Part shown: piece by piece, positions 1 to 10,263 of the stretch
How the letters are laid out: each line of letters starts with the position of its first letter
Position numbering within the stretch: the stretch's first letter is position 1
NCBI GenBank assembly: GCA_934101645.1
Contig: CAKORX010000001.1
Location: forward strand, 81,051 to 145,050
Length of the DNA: 64,000 nt
Reading direction: 5' to 3'
DNA from: an uncultured Bacilli bacterium
GTDB taxonomy: Bacteria > Bacillota_I > Bacilli_A > RF39 > UBA660
Program-made: the position numbers and the translations under genes
The notes under the pieces: model-generated
The model's input: the letters and a program-made list of their open reading frames with translations, nothing else
Told to the model about the DNA's origin: nothing
Databases searched by the model: none

Positions 1-1226
1 TCATAAGAAACATATTTATTAAAATTATCTACGCTAATAACAGGTATTTTTGCTTCAAGATAATTTTTATTTTTTTCAATAAAATAACTATCTTTAACAT
101 TTAAAAGTCCAAATATATTACTAACACTATACATAATAAATGCACCAGATGCAAAAAATCCAAGTAAAAGTAATTTCTTTATAAATGAATAATCAAGAAT
201 TTTTTTAAATCCTAAATGTACTACTTTAAAAATATTAAATATCGAAGAGTATTTATGTTTTTCATTTTTGTTTTCTTTAATATCAAATTCATATTTTTCA
301 TAAATAGATTTATCAATCTGTTTATAATGATCATTTATGAACTCTACACTAGAGTTTTCATCAACAGCAATAATTCTTTCATTGCCTTCGGTTTTTATAT
401 AAATATTATTATTTTTAACTACTAAAGTAATTTTTGATTTTATTTTATCGTCTGCATAAATATTAATACTATTATTTTCTTCCTTAAATTTGAAATCTTT
501 TAAATAAATTTTATTATCAATCTTATAATCTAAAGAATTTTCATGTTTATTTTTATAATCATTTACTATCTTACCATCAGAAAGTTCAATTATTCTATCT
601 GCATAAAATTTAGCAATATCAGTTTCATGAGTAACTAATATAACTAATCTATTTTTTGAAATAGATTTAATAATATTCATTATTTCAATAGTATTTTGAC
701 TATCTAAATTTCCCGTAGGTTCATCTGCTAAAATGATGCTAGGATTTTTTACTAGTGCTCTTGCTATAGCAACTCTTTGCTTTTCACCACCAGAAAGCAT
801 TCCCGCAGGTCTATTTCGATAACGATAAATTTTAAGCGTTTCTAAAATATCATTTACTCTTTTTTGAATTTCATTTTTGTTTTTTATACCAATCATTTTT
901 AGTGATATAGCAACATTTTCAAATACACTTAAGTTTTCTAATAAGTTATAATTTTGAAATATATAACCTATATTTAAATTTCTTTCTTTATCAACATAAT
1001 ATGTACTTTTTCTAGTAACCCTTTTTCCGTTTACAAAAATACTTCCACTCTTTACTTTGTCAAGACCTCCGATAACATTTAAAAGTGTTGTTTTTCCACA
1101 TCCCGAAGGTCCTAAAAGACAAACGAGTCCATTATCTTCGAAAGTAGTCGAAGTATTATCTATAACATGTAATTCATTTTTCTTATGTCTATTAAAATAT
1201 TTATTTACTTTTTCTAACTTTATCAT
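1..1226 (-). CDS. ABC transporter ATP-binding protein fused to a membrane domain (MacB/FtsX-like). The gene is partial and its 3' end lies beyond the window start.
   Basis: Reverse-strand translation from the ATG at 1226..1224 gives [11 protein letters not shown]...[20 protein letters not shown] (Walker A). An LSGGQ-type signature region lies around 700-800 and a hydrophobic TM segment near 100-200. The ATG overlaps the stop codon of the upstream gene. No stop is present in the window. Confidence 0.6.
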   Translation of the reverse strand, partial: MIKLEKVNKYFNRHKKNELHVIDNTSTTFEDNGLVCLLGPSGCGKTTLLNVIGGLDKVKSGSIFVNGKRVTRKSTYYVDKERNLNIGYIFQNYNLLENLSVFENVAISLKMIGIKNKNEIQKRVNDILETLKIYRYRNRPAGMLSGGEKQRVAIARALVKNPSIILADEPTGNLDSQNTIEIMNIIKSISKNRLVILVTHETDIAKFYADRIIELSDGKIVNDYKNKHENSLDYKIDNKIYLKDFKFKEENNSINIYADDKIKSKITLVVKNNNIYIKTEGNERIIAVDENSSVEFINDHYKQIDKSIYEKYEFDIKENKNEKHKYSSIFNIFKVVHLGFKKILDYSFIKKLLLLGFFASGAFIMYSVSNIFGLLNVKDSYFIEKNKNYLEAKIPVISVDNFNKYVSY

Positions 1227-3448
1227 TATATTTCCTCGTCTCTATATGTTTTCATCGCTGATGATTTAAATAATTTTCTTGAATATCTTAATGAAATAAG
1301 TAAGCTCATTACAAAGCAAACTAAATAAACTATTATATAATCTTTTAAAGTTAAATAATTAATCATATCACTTAAAGTCGGAGAATTTATAATATCTTTT
1401 GAAATTAAAACGATAAATGAAATAACTAAAATGTATGCAATATGATAAACAGTAAATAGTTCAATACTAATCATATTTTTTAACACTTTTTTCGTAGCTC
1501 CTAAAATACGTAAAGTTGCATAATAAACATTTCTAGATTTTTCAATTATTCTAATAACAAAATATGCGACGAAAAATAGTACTATAAATAAAAATGCCAC
1601 TGCAACTACTTTAAATATTTTCAAAACCTCAGAAACGCCATAATTTAAACTTACTTTAACATCTTTTATATATAATGCTTGATATTCACTTTTATCTAAA
1701 TATTTTTTTACACTTTGAATATTTTTTACATCATCTACAAATACGGATACTTGATAATTTCCTTTATTAAATAAACTATTATAATCATCATTTGATATAT
1801 ATATAACAAAGTTATTATTATCATAGTCTTTAATATTTACTAAACCATAAAAATTATTTTTCGTATAAACTTCTGATACATTTAATTTAACTGAATTTTC
1901 ATAATACTGATTTTTTACTTTTATAGAAAGTTCGTTATTAATGCAGTTACCATAATTACAATAATTATTTAATTGATATGGAATATAAGCATTACCTGGT
2001 TTTACATTCTCGTTAGGTCTAAATACTACATATATTTCTTTATTATTAAGTAGCATTTTTATATTACTATAATCAACATTTGCACAAGTTTTTATATTAT
2101 TTAAAAGCTTATCACTTGCATAAAATGTTTCATTTTCTGATAAACTATTTGTCAAAATAAGTCCAGTTACTTTAACATTTTCTACGCATGATGAAGCATT
2201 TTTTGAACTCGTAGAAAATAAATTATAATTAGTATTTAATATATCTTCTTTAGAGTTAGTTACATAGTAATTATTTTTATATATTTTCATTACTACTTCA
2301 TTATCATTTTCAGGCATTTTACCAATTATTTTTTCATTAATATCGCTGGCTTCTTTGAAAAAGCCATAAAACCAATAAGAGTTACTATTGTCTGTTAAAT
2401 AATATTCCTTGTCTAAAATAATATCATTCAAATTAACTTTTTTTACATGCTCTAATTTTTTTAGTTTTTCTATATCACTATCAGAAATATAACTATTATC
2501 TTTCTTTTTTAAAACAATTCTTTCATCAGATAAATCCCTAAAATAATAATTATAGCCTAATTTATTTGCCTCATATTCAGAAACTCTAATAGATGAATAT
2601 TCTCCGAAAAAAGCTAAAGTAATAAGTAAAAATACAATTAAAAGTAAGATAAATTTCATTGGAATGTTAAAAGTATTTCTTACACCAAGTCTAATTTTAT
2701 TAAAAAAGCTAATTCCTTTATACTCGTGAATAGTCAAAGTACTTTTATTATATTCTTTTAAAGTTATATCTTCCCTAACCTTACCATCACTCATCTCTAT
2801 TTTTCTCGTAGCATATTTTTCTACTTCATCATAATTATGAGTAACTATAATAACTAGTTTATCTTTTGCAACCTCAGATAAAATTCTTATAACGCTTTGA
2901 CTAGAACGACTATCAAGATTTCCCGTAGGTTCATCGGCAATAATAATTGGCACATCTTTTGCAAGTGCACGAGCAATAGCAACTCTTTGTTTTTGACCAC
3001 CAGATAAATGGGATACTTTTGTATTACGATATTTATACAAATCAACTTTTTTAATTAAATCTAGAATTTTTTTCTTTACATCTTTTTTCTTAAATCCATT
3101 TAAAAGAAGTACTAATTCAATATTTTGATATACTGTATAACTTGATACTAAATTAAATGATTGAAAGATATTTCCTATATAGCATTTACGATAATTTTCA
3201 ATATCCTCGCTACTATAATGGCTTGTTTCCTTGCCATTAATATACATTTCTCCTTCTTCATAAGTATCAAGGCCAGATAGTACATTTAAAAGTGTAGACT
3301 TTCCAGAACCACTTTCTCCGGTAATAACCACAAACTCTCCTAAAAAAAATTCAAGTGAAACTTTACTAAATCCCGAAGAAACCATTCCTTTGTTATAATA
3401 AAACTTGCTAACTTTATCAAGCTTTAAAATGGGTTTTTCTGTTTTCAT
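1226..3448 (-). CDS. ABC transporter ATP-binding protein with a C-terminal FtsX-like permease domain (MacB-like fusion)
   Basis: 740-aa ORF with Walker A GESGSGKST, signature LSGGQKQR and Walker B IIIADEPT. Its C-terminal half has a TM segment, a long extracytoplasmic domain and 3 further TM segments, typical of FtsX/MacB. Confidence 0.85.
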   Translation of the reverse strand: MKTEKPILKLDKVSKFYYNKGMVSSGFSKVSLEFFLGEFVVITGESGSGKSTLLNVLSGLDTYEEGEMYINGKETSHYSSEDIENYRKCYIGNIFQSFNLVSSYTVYQNIELVLLLNGFKKKDVKKKILDLIKKVDLYKYRNTKVSHLSGGQKQRVAIARALAKDVPIIIADEPTGNLDSRSSQSVIRILSEVAKDKLVIIVTHNYDEVEKYATRKIEMSDGKVREDITLKEYNKSTLTIHEYKGISFFNKIRLGVRNTFNIPMKFILLLIVFLLITLAFFGEYSSIRVSEYEANKLGYNYYFRDLSDERIVLKKKDNSYISDSDIEKLKKLEHVKKVNLNDIILDKEYYLTDNSNSYWFYGFFKEASDINEKIIGKMPENDNEVVMKIYKNNYYVTNSKEDILNTNYNLFSTSSKNASSCVENVKVTGLILTNSLSENETFYASDKLLNNIKTCANVDYSNIKMLLNNKEIYVVFRPNENVKPGNAYIPYQLNNYCNYGNCINNELSIKVKNQYYENSVKLNVSEVYTKNNFYGLVNIKDYDNNNFVIYISNDDYNSLFNKGNYQVSVFVDDVKNIQSVKKYLDKSEYQALYIKDVKVSLNYGVSEVLKIFKVVAVAFLFIVLFFVAYFVIRIIEKSRNVYYATLRILGATKKVLKNMISIELFTVYHIAYILVISFIVLISKDIINSPTLSDMINYLTLKDYIIVYLVCFVMSLLISLRYSRKLFKSSAMKTYRDEEI

Positions 3449-3535
3449 ATTTTACTCTCCTACCAAAATTATATTATAAAATACCATTTTATACAATTCA
3501 TTATACACTTGTTAAGTGACTTATAGATGACTATA

Positions 3536-3544
3536 TGATATAAT
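3536..3544 (+). promoter_or_regulatory. Candidate extended -10 promoter element (TGaTATAAT) for the sortase gene, which may be leaderless or have a very short leader
   Basis: TGATATAAT at 3536..3544 lies 10 nt upstream of the ATG at 3555. No good -35 is present at 17-bp spacing. Confidence 0.3.
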
Positions 3545-3554
3545 TTACTAGGAT

Positions 3555-4370
3555 ATGAAGAAAAGAAAGTTAAATAAAAAAAATTTATTTTTGCTTATAT
3601 TTTTTGTTTTAATGTTTTTTACTTTTATACTTAGTTTAGTAAAAATTTTTATGTGGGTAATAGATAATAAAAAAACTGATAAAATTATAAAAGTTGCTAG
3701 TAATATTACAGAAATTACAGAAACAAAAAGTGATAATGAAGTAATTATAGAAACGAAAAGCAAAACTAATGCTTATTTTGAATATATTAAAATGAATTTA
3801 ATTGATGTAGATCTTGATAAATTAAAAAAATATAACGAAGATACTGTGGGCTGGCTTAAAGTCGAAGGCACCAATATAAACTACCCTTTTGTTCAAACTG
3901 ATAATAATGAGGATTATTTAACTAAATCTTTTGATAAAACATTTAATTATGCTGGATGGATATTTTTAGATTATCGAAATAGTTATCTATCACTTGATAA
4001 AAATACAGTTATTTATGGACACGGAAGAGTAAATGGAACAATGTTTGGTTCTTTAAAAGATACATTAAGACCATCATGGCAAAATAATGAAGAAAACTAC
4101 ATAATAAGAATGTCTACAGAAAAAATTAAGACTATGTGGCAAATATTTAGTACTTATAAAATACCCACTACTAACGATTATATTAAAACAAGCTTTACTA
4201 GTGATGAAGAATTTATAAATTTTTTAGAAACTATAAAAAATCGTTCTGAATTTAATTTTAATGTAGACCTTCAAAGTAATGATAAAATTCTTACTCTTTC
4301 AACTTGTTATAATGATACAGAAAAAATGGTAGTTCATGCAAAATTAATTAAATATGAAATTAAGTCATAA
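3555..4370 (+). CDS. srtB: Class B sortase
   Basis: N-terminal TM. SrtB-type motif VGWLKVEGTNINYPFVQTDNNEDYL...GWIFLDYRN, His in VIYGHG, and active-site TLSTC near the C-terminus. Confidence 0.8.
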   Translation: MKKRKLNKKNLFLLIFFVLMFFTFILSLVKIFMWVIDNKKTDKIIKVASNITEITETKSDNEVIIETKSKTNAYFEYIKMNLIDVDLDKLKKYNEDTVGWLKVEGTNINYPFVQTDNNEDYLTKSFDKTFNYAGWIFLDYRNSYLSLDKNTVIYGHGRVNGTMFGSLKDTLRPSWQNNEENYIIRMSTEKIKTMWQIFSTYKIPTTNDYIKTSFTSDEEFINFLETIKNRSEFNFNVDLQSNDKILTLSTCYNDTEKMVVHAKLIKYEIKS

Positions 4371-4403
4371 AAAAAATGCGTAATATTTTACGCAATTTTT
4401 TTT
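4371..4403. terminator. Bidirectional intrinsic terminator between the convergent sortase and adhesin genes
   Basis: A7-TGCGTAA-tatt-TTACGCA-T9: a 7-bp stem with a 4-nt loop, flanked by an A-run and a T-run. Confidence 0.65.
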
Positions 4404-7400
4404 AGTTTTCTTTTTTTCTTAAAAGTACACTAGCACCTAAAGCATTTACTAAAGTAAGCATAATATAAATGCTTCCATTACTTGTAGTGTGTGGTGGAAG
4501 AGGTTCTTCATCTGGAACAATTACACCTTTTCCATCAGTTTTATAATAAACATTTATAATATTATCTTTTTCAGTAATCTTTAAAGGTAAGTTTTCTACC
4601 ATTTCAAGTACATAGTCAGTAGTAGATTTATCAGTATAACTTTCAATTACATCGCCATAGAAGGCATCAAATGTATCAGTTTTTGTTTCATCTAAAACTC
4701 TATCATAATAATATCTAACTTCGTAAGTATATTTACCTTTTACATAGTAAACATCAATTACATCGCCATCTTCGAAAGTTTCAGAAATAGCACTTGGATT
4801 TGTTTTATCAAATACAAAACCTACATATTTATTTGTTACGTTAATTTTGTTAATATCTACTTTTCCTGTAGTTTCTAATACCTGTACCATTTTAGTTACT
4901 TTTTCTGTATCACTAGTTTGTAAAACACCATCTTTATAGTAATTTACTGTATAGCTAATTTCTTTTGTTTGACTTTCATCAAGAATATAATATACTTTTA
5001 TAACTTCACCTGTTTTAATTTCATCAGGTATAATACTTGGATTAGATTCTTTGAATCTATATCCTACATATTTATCTTTAGTATTAATTTCAAATTTATT
5101 TACTGTTAAATTATCACTTTCTAATACTTGTACTGTTTTTGTTACTACTTGTGTATCTTTTGTTTGAAGTACACCATCTATGTAGTATTCAACTGTATAT
5201 GTTAATTCTTTTACTTTACTTTCATCAGTAACATAATAAACATCTATTACATCTCCATCTTCGAAAACTTCTGGAATAGAACTTGGATTAGTCTTATCAA
5301 ACTTATATCCAAAATATTTATTTGTTACATTGATTTTGCTAGTTTCTACTTTTCCTGTAGTTTCTAGAACTTGTACTGTCTTAGTTACTTTTTCTATATC
5401 ACTAGTTTGTAAAACACCATCTTTATAGTAATTTACTGTATAACTAATTTCTTTTGTTTGACTTTCATCAAGAATGTAATATACTTTTATAACTTCACCT
5501 GTTTTAATTTCATCAGGTATAATACTTGGATTAGATTCTTTGAATCTATATCCTACATATTTATCTTTAGTATTAATTTCAAATTTATTTACTGTTAAAT
5601 TATCACTTTCTAATACTTGTACTGTTTTTGTTACTACTTGTGTATCTTTTGTTTGAAGTACACCATCTATGTAGTATTCAACTGTATATGTTAATTCTTT
5701 TACTTTACTTTCATCAGTAACATAATAAACATCTATTACATCTCCATCTTCGAAAACTTCTGGAATAGAACTTGGATTAGTCTTATCAAACTTATATCCA
5801 AAATATTTATTTGTTACATTGATTTTGCTAGTTTCTACTTTTCCTGTAGTTTCTAGAACTTGTACTGTTTTTGTTATTTTTTCTATATCACTAGTTTGTA
5901 AAACACCATCTTTATAGTAATTTACTGTATAGCTAATTTCCTTTGTTTGACTTTCATCAAGAACATAGTAAACATCAATTACGTCTCCATTTTTGAAAGT
6001 TTCAGGAATAACACTAGGATTAGTTTTATCAAATTTATAACCAACATATTTGTTTGTTACATTAATTTTACTAATGTCTACTTTTCCTGTAGTTTCTAAA
6101 ACTTGTATTGTCTTAGTTACTTTTTCTGTATCACTAGTTTGTAAAACACCATCTTTATAGTAATTTACTGTATAACTAATTTTTTTTGTTTGAGTTTCAT
6201 CTGCAACATAATAAACTTTTATTACGTTTTCTTTTTCAGAACTTATGGCAGAAGTTTTATCTGGAGTAGCTTTATCAAATTTATAACCATATTTTGTATT
6301 AGCTTTAATTTTTTCATCAGTTACACCAAATTCTTTACCTTTTGCAAGTGTGCCTGTTTCTGTTAAATCTGCATCTTTAACATTATTATAATAATATTCG
6401 ATAGTATAATCGTATTTATCTACTTCCCAATATACTTCAGGATTTTCATCACAAGTAATAGTTTTTTCATTACCTTGTGAATCAGTATAACTTAAAGTAA
6501 ATCCAGCATTTGTGGCATACCAACCATCATCAGTAATTTTGTCTTCATCAATTGTAATATCAAATGAGAATACTTTACCTTTTTCTGTAATGTCAAATTT
6601 TTCACTTGTATAAGTTTTGCCTTGAGCGTCTGTCATTACAAATTTTGCACCAATATTATCAGTTAAAGTTGCATTAGTACCAGCATCAGCTTTACCTATT
6701 ATAGTGGCAATATCAGTAAATTTATTTACAATTGTTGTAGGATCTGATAAATATACATGATCTGCACCTGAAGCTACTTCACTTAGTATTGTACCATTGT
6801 AATCATATCCAATAGCAAATACTTCAGCGCTTTTTTGAACTGTTTTAGCCATTTCTTTTGTCTTGGCTTCAGTAGTAGCGTCCATGTATGAGCCTGGACC
6901 TTGTGTATAACCGTCTTCATCATAATATAATGTTGGTTCACCATCACTTATTACAACAACATATTTAATAGCGTCTTTTTTTACATTTGATGCTGTTAAT
7001 AATTTATTTGCTTCATAAAGTCCAGCATGTAAGTTTGTTCCACCCTTTGGTGTTCCAAATTTTACATTAGAGAAATCTTTATTATCGAAATCTCTTAAAA
7101 CTTTAGCATCATTATAGGCATTATCAAATATTCCTAAAAAACCATCTTCATCAGCAAATGTTACAAGAGCAATCTTTGCGTTTGGTAATTTTTTATGTAA
7201 TGTTGAAGCAAATGTTTTTGCACCATTAACAGCGCTTGTCCATTTTTCATCTTTAGAGCAATTATAACTATTACACATAGAATTAGATTTATCAAGAACT
7301 ACAACAGCATAAACATCTTTTTTATTTGAAGTTTCTGTTTTAACACTTTTACCTTTTACTTCAAAGGTAACATTGTATTTACCCTCTACATCAGTTTTAG

Positions 7401-7593
7401 ATACTGTTTTAGTAACTTGCACATCACCATCTTCAGCTAAACTACCTTTAGTTACAGTAACACTTTTATTACTAATTTGATTACCTAATCTTAAATCACC
7501 TTTCTGTTCTTTATATTCTGCAAAAACCATAGTTGAAACTACTACTGCAACAAGAACAATTGCACTAGCAAAAAAATATTTTAGTTTTTTCAT
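4402..7593 (-). CDS. Cell-wall-anchored adhesin with a signal peptide, a vWA domain with MIDAS motif, tandem MucBP-like repeats and a C-terminal sorting signal
   Basis: 1063 aa. Signal peptide MKKLKYFFASAIVLVAVVVSTMVFA. DxSxS MIDAS motif in VVVLDKSNSMC. Eight to nine units of ~81 aa with the pattern YTVxYYxDGVLQT...NKYxGYKF...VYYV. The C-terminus is PLPPHTTSNG followed by a hydrophobic stretch and RKKEN, a noncanonical sortase signal. Confidence 0.8.
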   Translation of the reverse strand: MKKLKYFFASAIVLVAVVVSTMVFAEYKEQKGDLRLGNQISNKSVTVTKGSLAEDGDVQVTKTVSKTDVEGKYNVTFEVKGKSVKTETSNKKDVYAVVVLDKSNSMCNSYNCSKDEKWTSAVNGAKTFASTLHKKLPNAKIALVTFADEDGFLGIFDNAYNDAKVLRDFDNKDFSNVKFGTPKGGTNLHAGLYEANKLLTASNVKKDAIKYVVVISDGEPTLYYDEDGYTQGPGSYMDATTEAKTKEMAKTVQKSAEVFAIGYDYNGTILSEVASGADHVYLSDPTTIVNKFTDIATIIGKADAGTNATLTDNIGAKFVMTDAQGKTYTSEKFDITEKGKVFSFDITIDEDKITDDGWYATNAGFTLSYTDSQGNEKTITCDENPEVYWEVDKYDYTIEYYYNNVKDADLTETGTLAKGKEFGVTDEKIKANTKYGYKFDKATPDKTSAISSEKENVIKVYYVADETQTKKISYTVNYYKDGVLQTSDTEKVTKTIQVLETTGKVDISKINVTNKYVGYKFDKTNPSVIPETFKNGDVIDVYYVLDESQTKEISYTVNYYKDGVLQTSDIEKITKTVQVLETTGKVETSKINVTNKYFGYKFDKTNPSSIPEVFEDGDVIDVYYVTDESKVKELTYTVEYYIDGVLQTKDTQVVTKTVQVLESDNLTVNKFEINTKDKYVGYRFKESNPSIIPDEIKTGEVIKVYYILDESQTKEISYTVNYYKDGVLQTSDIEKVTKTVQVLETTGKVETSKINVTNKYFGYKFDKTNPSSIPEVFEDGDVIDVYYVTDESKVKELTYTVEYYIDGVLQTKDTQVVTKTVQVLESDNLTVNKFEINTKDKYVGYRFKESNPSIIPDEIKTGEVIKVYYILDESQTKEISYTVNYYKDGVLQTSDTEKVTKMVQVLETTGKVDINKINVTNKYVGFVFDKTNPSAISETFEDGDVIDVYYVKGKYTYEVRYYYDRVLDETKTDTFDAFYGDVIESYTDKSTTDYVLEMVENLPLKITEKDNIINVYYKTDGKGVIVPDEEPLPPHTTSNGSIYIMLTLVNALGASVLLRKKEN
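4720..6180. repeat. In-frame tandem repeats of about 243 bp, organised as a 489-bp higher-order unit, inside the adhesin gene
   Basis: 4962..5450 and 5451..5939 are near-identical at nucleotide level. For example, the same 60-mers recur at 5110 and 5598, and at 5221 and 5709. Two further single units lie at 4720..4962 and 5940..6180. Confidence 0.85.
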
Positions 7594-7745
7594 AAACCAA
7601 AACCCTCCCGATGGTTTACTATACTACCATACAAAAATATTATTGTCAATTAACATTTTCCTTTCTCTAGTAGTATAGAAATAATTATTCAAATTTATAC
7701 GAAAAAATAACCAAATTTTGGAAAATTTGATTATTTTTAAATTAT

Positions 7746-8450
7746 TTATTTAATTCTATATGGATTACCTAAACTTCCACTTCCAATAAGTTCAATGCTA
7801 GTATCCAGATTCAAGAGCGGACGGACCGAGCCAAGACTGCCGACGAAGATGTCGCCGCCGCCGTTGCCATCCGAACTGACATCGAAAGCGCTGCTGCCAT
7901 TAAGAGAACCCGGCGAAAGAGTCCATTCGAGTCCAGCCGAATAATCATTGCCAGAAACATTGTCCCAAAATGTTTTATCAAATTTTTTATTATATAACCA
8001 ATTTTGTGTTGAACACTTTTCCGTATTTACATAACTTGGAACTGTATCATCATTTGCCCAGCTTACCACACTTCTATCACAATCGTTTGCCATTACTCCA
8101 TACATATAATCGCTTGGATACATTAATCCTACTTTTGCATATGTATATGTTGGATTCCCCTCATAAACAACGCCATATTTTTCGCTATTATTAAATATTT
8201 GGGCTTGTGGCCAATATTCATTATATTTTCCTGTACTAAGGTCTAGTGAATTTAATGACCATCTTGTACTTAGTACTTTATCAATATGATTATAACTATT
8301 TAAGCTTGTTAAATATGTTCCATTTAATAGAGCCTTAAGTGATGAATTATTCCAATTATTCTTTCTATTTGTATCCCATGCTATACCACTTGATGTGTAA
8401 TTTGTAGATTTAATTATCCTTATTACTGGCTGAAGTTTTGTGTTTGTTTC
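7746..8450. repeat. Roughly 700-bp near-identical direct repeat, copy 1 of 2, covering the 3' halves of the tandem paralog genes
   Basis: 7750..~8450 matches 9563..~10263 at an offset of 1813 bp. Only a few substitutions near the stop codon, and divergence rises beyond ~8450. Confidence 0.85.
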
Positions 8451-9356
8451 GCTTGTTCCAACCTTTTCATCAAATACACCAATTATTCTAAAAGTATTAT
8501 CTTCGGCACATGTACCAGATGAATTATTATCTAAACATATATAATTATCTGGATCTTTGCCTTCATACCTATAACCGTTCTCATTTGCTACTAGATACTT
8601 TGTGGATGAATCTTGACTTGATGTTTTTAATCCTTCATTTGCTATACTTTTTATAAAGTCTTCGGCATCTGGGGTTACTGCTTCACATTTTAAATTCTCA
8701 GCATATATTTTACCAGTAAAGGCTTTACCCGCAAGTTGAGACTGATTTGCATTTAAATTATAATATCTAGCAGTTATTTTAAATGTTTGAGTACTTTGAG
8801 TACCACCATTATTTGTTATTCTTGCACCAGTTGCAAGTTTTATTTTTGCACCAGTTGTACTAGTTTTAGCTATCCATCCTTTTGAAGTATTATAATCAAT
8901 GTTTGCCTCTCCACCAAAAGGATTATTACTTCCTGTCGGGCCCTCAACTTCAAAAGTTATTTCTTTATTTGCATTACTTGTTTTAGTTGTAGGACTTTGT
9001 CCATATACATTTGAACTTGAATTATATTCAAATGCTATATCATATGTACACCTTGTACTTATATTAGTTGTTCCTAATAAAGATACATTAATTGTTGCTG
9101 TATTTTCTGCAACAGCAACTGTATTATTTGAATCAAAATTAGTCATATTTGCTCCAGGTACTTGTAAATTTAATGTTGAACTACTTGTGGTAAATGATGA
9201 ATTACCCGGAGAGACAGCATTAATATTTACTACTACATTGCCATTTAAGTTTGTATTAAATGATCCGAAAAAAGCAAATGTTGCGGATACTACTACAACA
9301 ACTAATATTAATAATGCGATAATTGAATAAATATTTATCTTTATATTATTTTTCAT
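7746..9356 (-). CDS. Secreted or surface protein of unknown function, paralog 1. It has an N-terminal signal/anchor and is Cys-containing.
   Basis: 536-aa ORF. The N-terminal hydrophobic segment is followed by SATFAFFGSFN. The C-terminal ~300 aa are identical to those of the downstream paralog. Confidence 0.7.
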   Translation of the reverse strand: MKNNIKINIYSIIALLILVVVVVSATFAFFGSFNTNLNGNVVVNINAVSPGNSSFTTSSSTLNLQVPGANMTNFDSNNTVAVAENTATINVSLLGTTNISTRCTYDIAFEYNSSSNVYGQSPTTKTSNANKEITFEVEGPTGSNNPFGGEANIDYNTSKGWIAKTSTTGAKIKLATGARITNNGGTQSTQTFKITARYYNLNANQSQLAGKAFTGKIYAENLKCEAVTPDAEDFIKSIANEGLKTSSQDSSTKYLVANENGYRYEGKDPDNYICLDNNSSGTCAEDNTFRIIGVFDEKVGTSETNTKLQPVIRIIKSTNYTSSGIAWDTNRKNNWNNSSLKALLNGTYLTSLNSYNHIDKVLSTRWSLNSLDLSTGKYNEYWPQAQIFNNSEKYGVVYEGNPTYTYAKVGLMYPSDYMYGVMANDCDRSVVSWANDDTVPSYVNTEKCSTQNWLYNKKFDKTFWDNVSGNDYSAGLEWTLSPGSLNGSSAFDVSSDGNGGGDIFVGSLGSVRPLLNLDTSIELIGSGSLGNPYRIK

Positions 9357-9533
9357 ACTACCCTTTTCTCTTTCATAAATACGATATCCATTATTTCAAA
9401 AACTATTACATTTAGAAATAACTCTATCTTATTTTTGTACCATTATAAATATATTTTATCATACTTTCATATTAAATAATATAAATTTTCATTAAATCAC
9501 ATATTTTTTTATAAATGTTTAACTTAATTTTAT

Positions 9534-9558
9534 AAAAAAAGCACATAATGTGCTAAAA
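9534..9558 (-). terminator. Intrinsic terminator downstream of paralog 2
   Basis: The minus strand reads GCACA-tta-TGTGC followed by T7, with an A7 run on the other side. Confidence 0.6.
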
Positions 9559-10263
9559 TTATTTAATTCTATACGGATTGCTTAAACTTCCACTTCCAAT
9601 AAGTTCAATGCTAGTATCCAGATTCAAGAGCGGACGGACCGAGCCAAGACTGCCGACGAAGATGTCGCCGCCGCCGTTGCCATCCGAACTGACATCGAAA
9701 GCGCTGCTGCCATTAAGAGAACCCGGCGAAAGAGTCCATTCGAGTCCAGCCGAATAATCATTGCCAGAAACATTGTCCCAAAATGTTTTATCAAATTTTT
9801 TATTATATAACCAATTTTGTGTTGAACACTTTTCCGTATTTACATAACTTGGAACTGTATCATCATTTGCCCAGCTTACCACACTTCTATCACAATCGTT
9901 TGCCATTACTCCATACATATAATCGCTTGGATACATTAATCCTACTTTTGCATATGTATATGTTGGATTCCCCTCATAAACAACGCCATATTTTTCGCTA
10001 TTATTAAATATTTGGGCTTGTGGCCAATATTCATTATATTTTCCTGTACTAAGGTCTAGTGAATTTAATGACCATCTTGTACTTAGTACTTTATCAATAT
10101 GATTATAACTATTTAAGCTTGTTAAATATGTTCCATTTAATAGAGCCTTAAGTGATGAATTATTCCAATTATTCTTTCTATTTGTATCCCATACTATACC
10201 ACTTGATGTGTAATTTGTAGATTTAATTATCCTTATTACTGGCTGAAGTTTTGCGTTTGTTTC
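9559..10263. repeat. Roughly 700-bp near-identical direct repeat, copy 2 of 2
   Basis: See copy 1. It includes the same GC-rich 150-bp patch at 9614..9763. Confidence 0.85.

Noticed and set aside
216-425. 69-aa plus-strand ORF at the window start
   Set aside because: It lies antisense within the partial MacB-like ABC gene, is low-complexity and Phe/Ile-rich, and has no RBS. It is a chance ORF in AT-rich DNA.
7613-7682. 10-bp inverted repeat (ACTATACTAC ... GTAGTATAG) with a ~45-bp spacer between the adhesin gene start and the paralog-1 stop
   Set aside because: It could be a weak terminator or operator. However, the stem is AT-rich with a long loop and no flanking T-run, so it is not convincing.
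7970-8194. Identical 74-aa plus-strand ORFs at 7970..8194 and 9783..10007
   Set aside because: Both are antisense to the paralog genes. Their identity simply reflects the nucleotide repeat and is not independent evidence of coding.
8899-9330. 143-aa plus-strand ORF (and the 104-aa ORF at 10868..11182)
   Set aside because: They are antisense to the 5' halves of the paralog genes and contain no motifs. They are most likely shadow ORFs.
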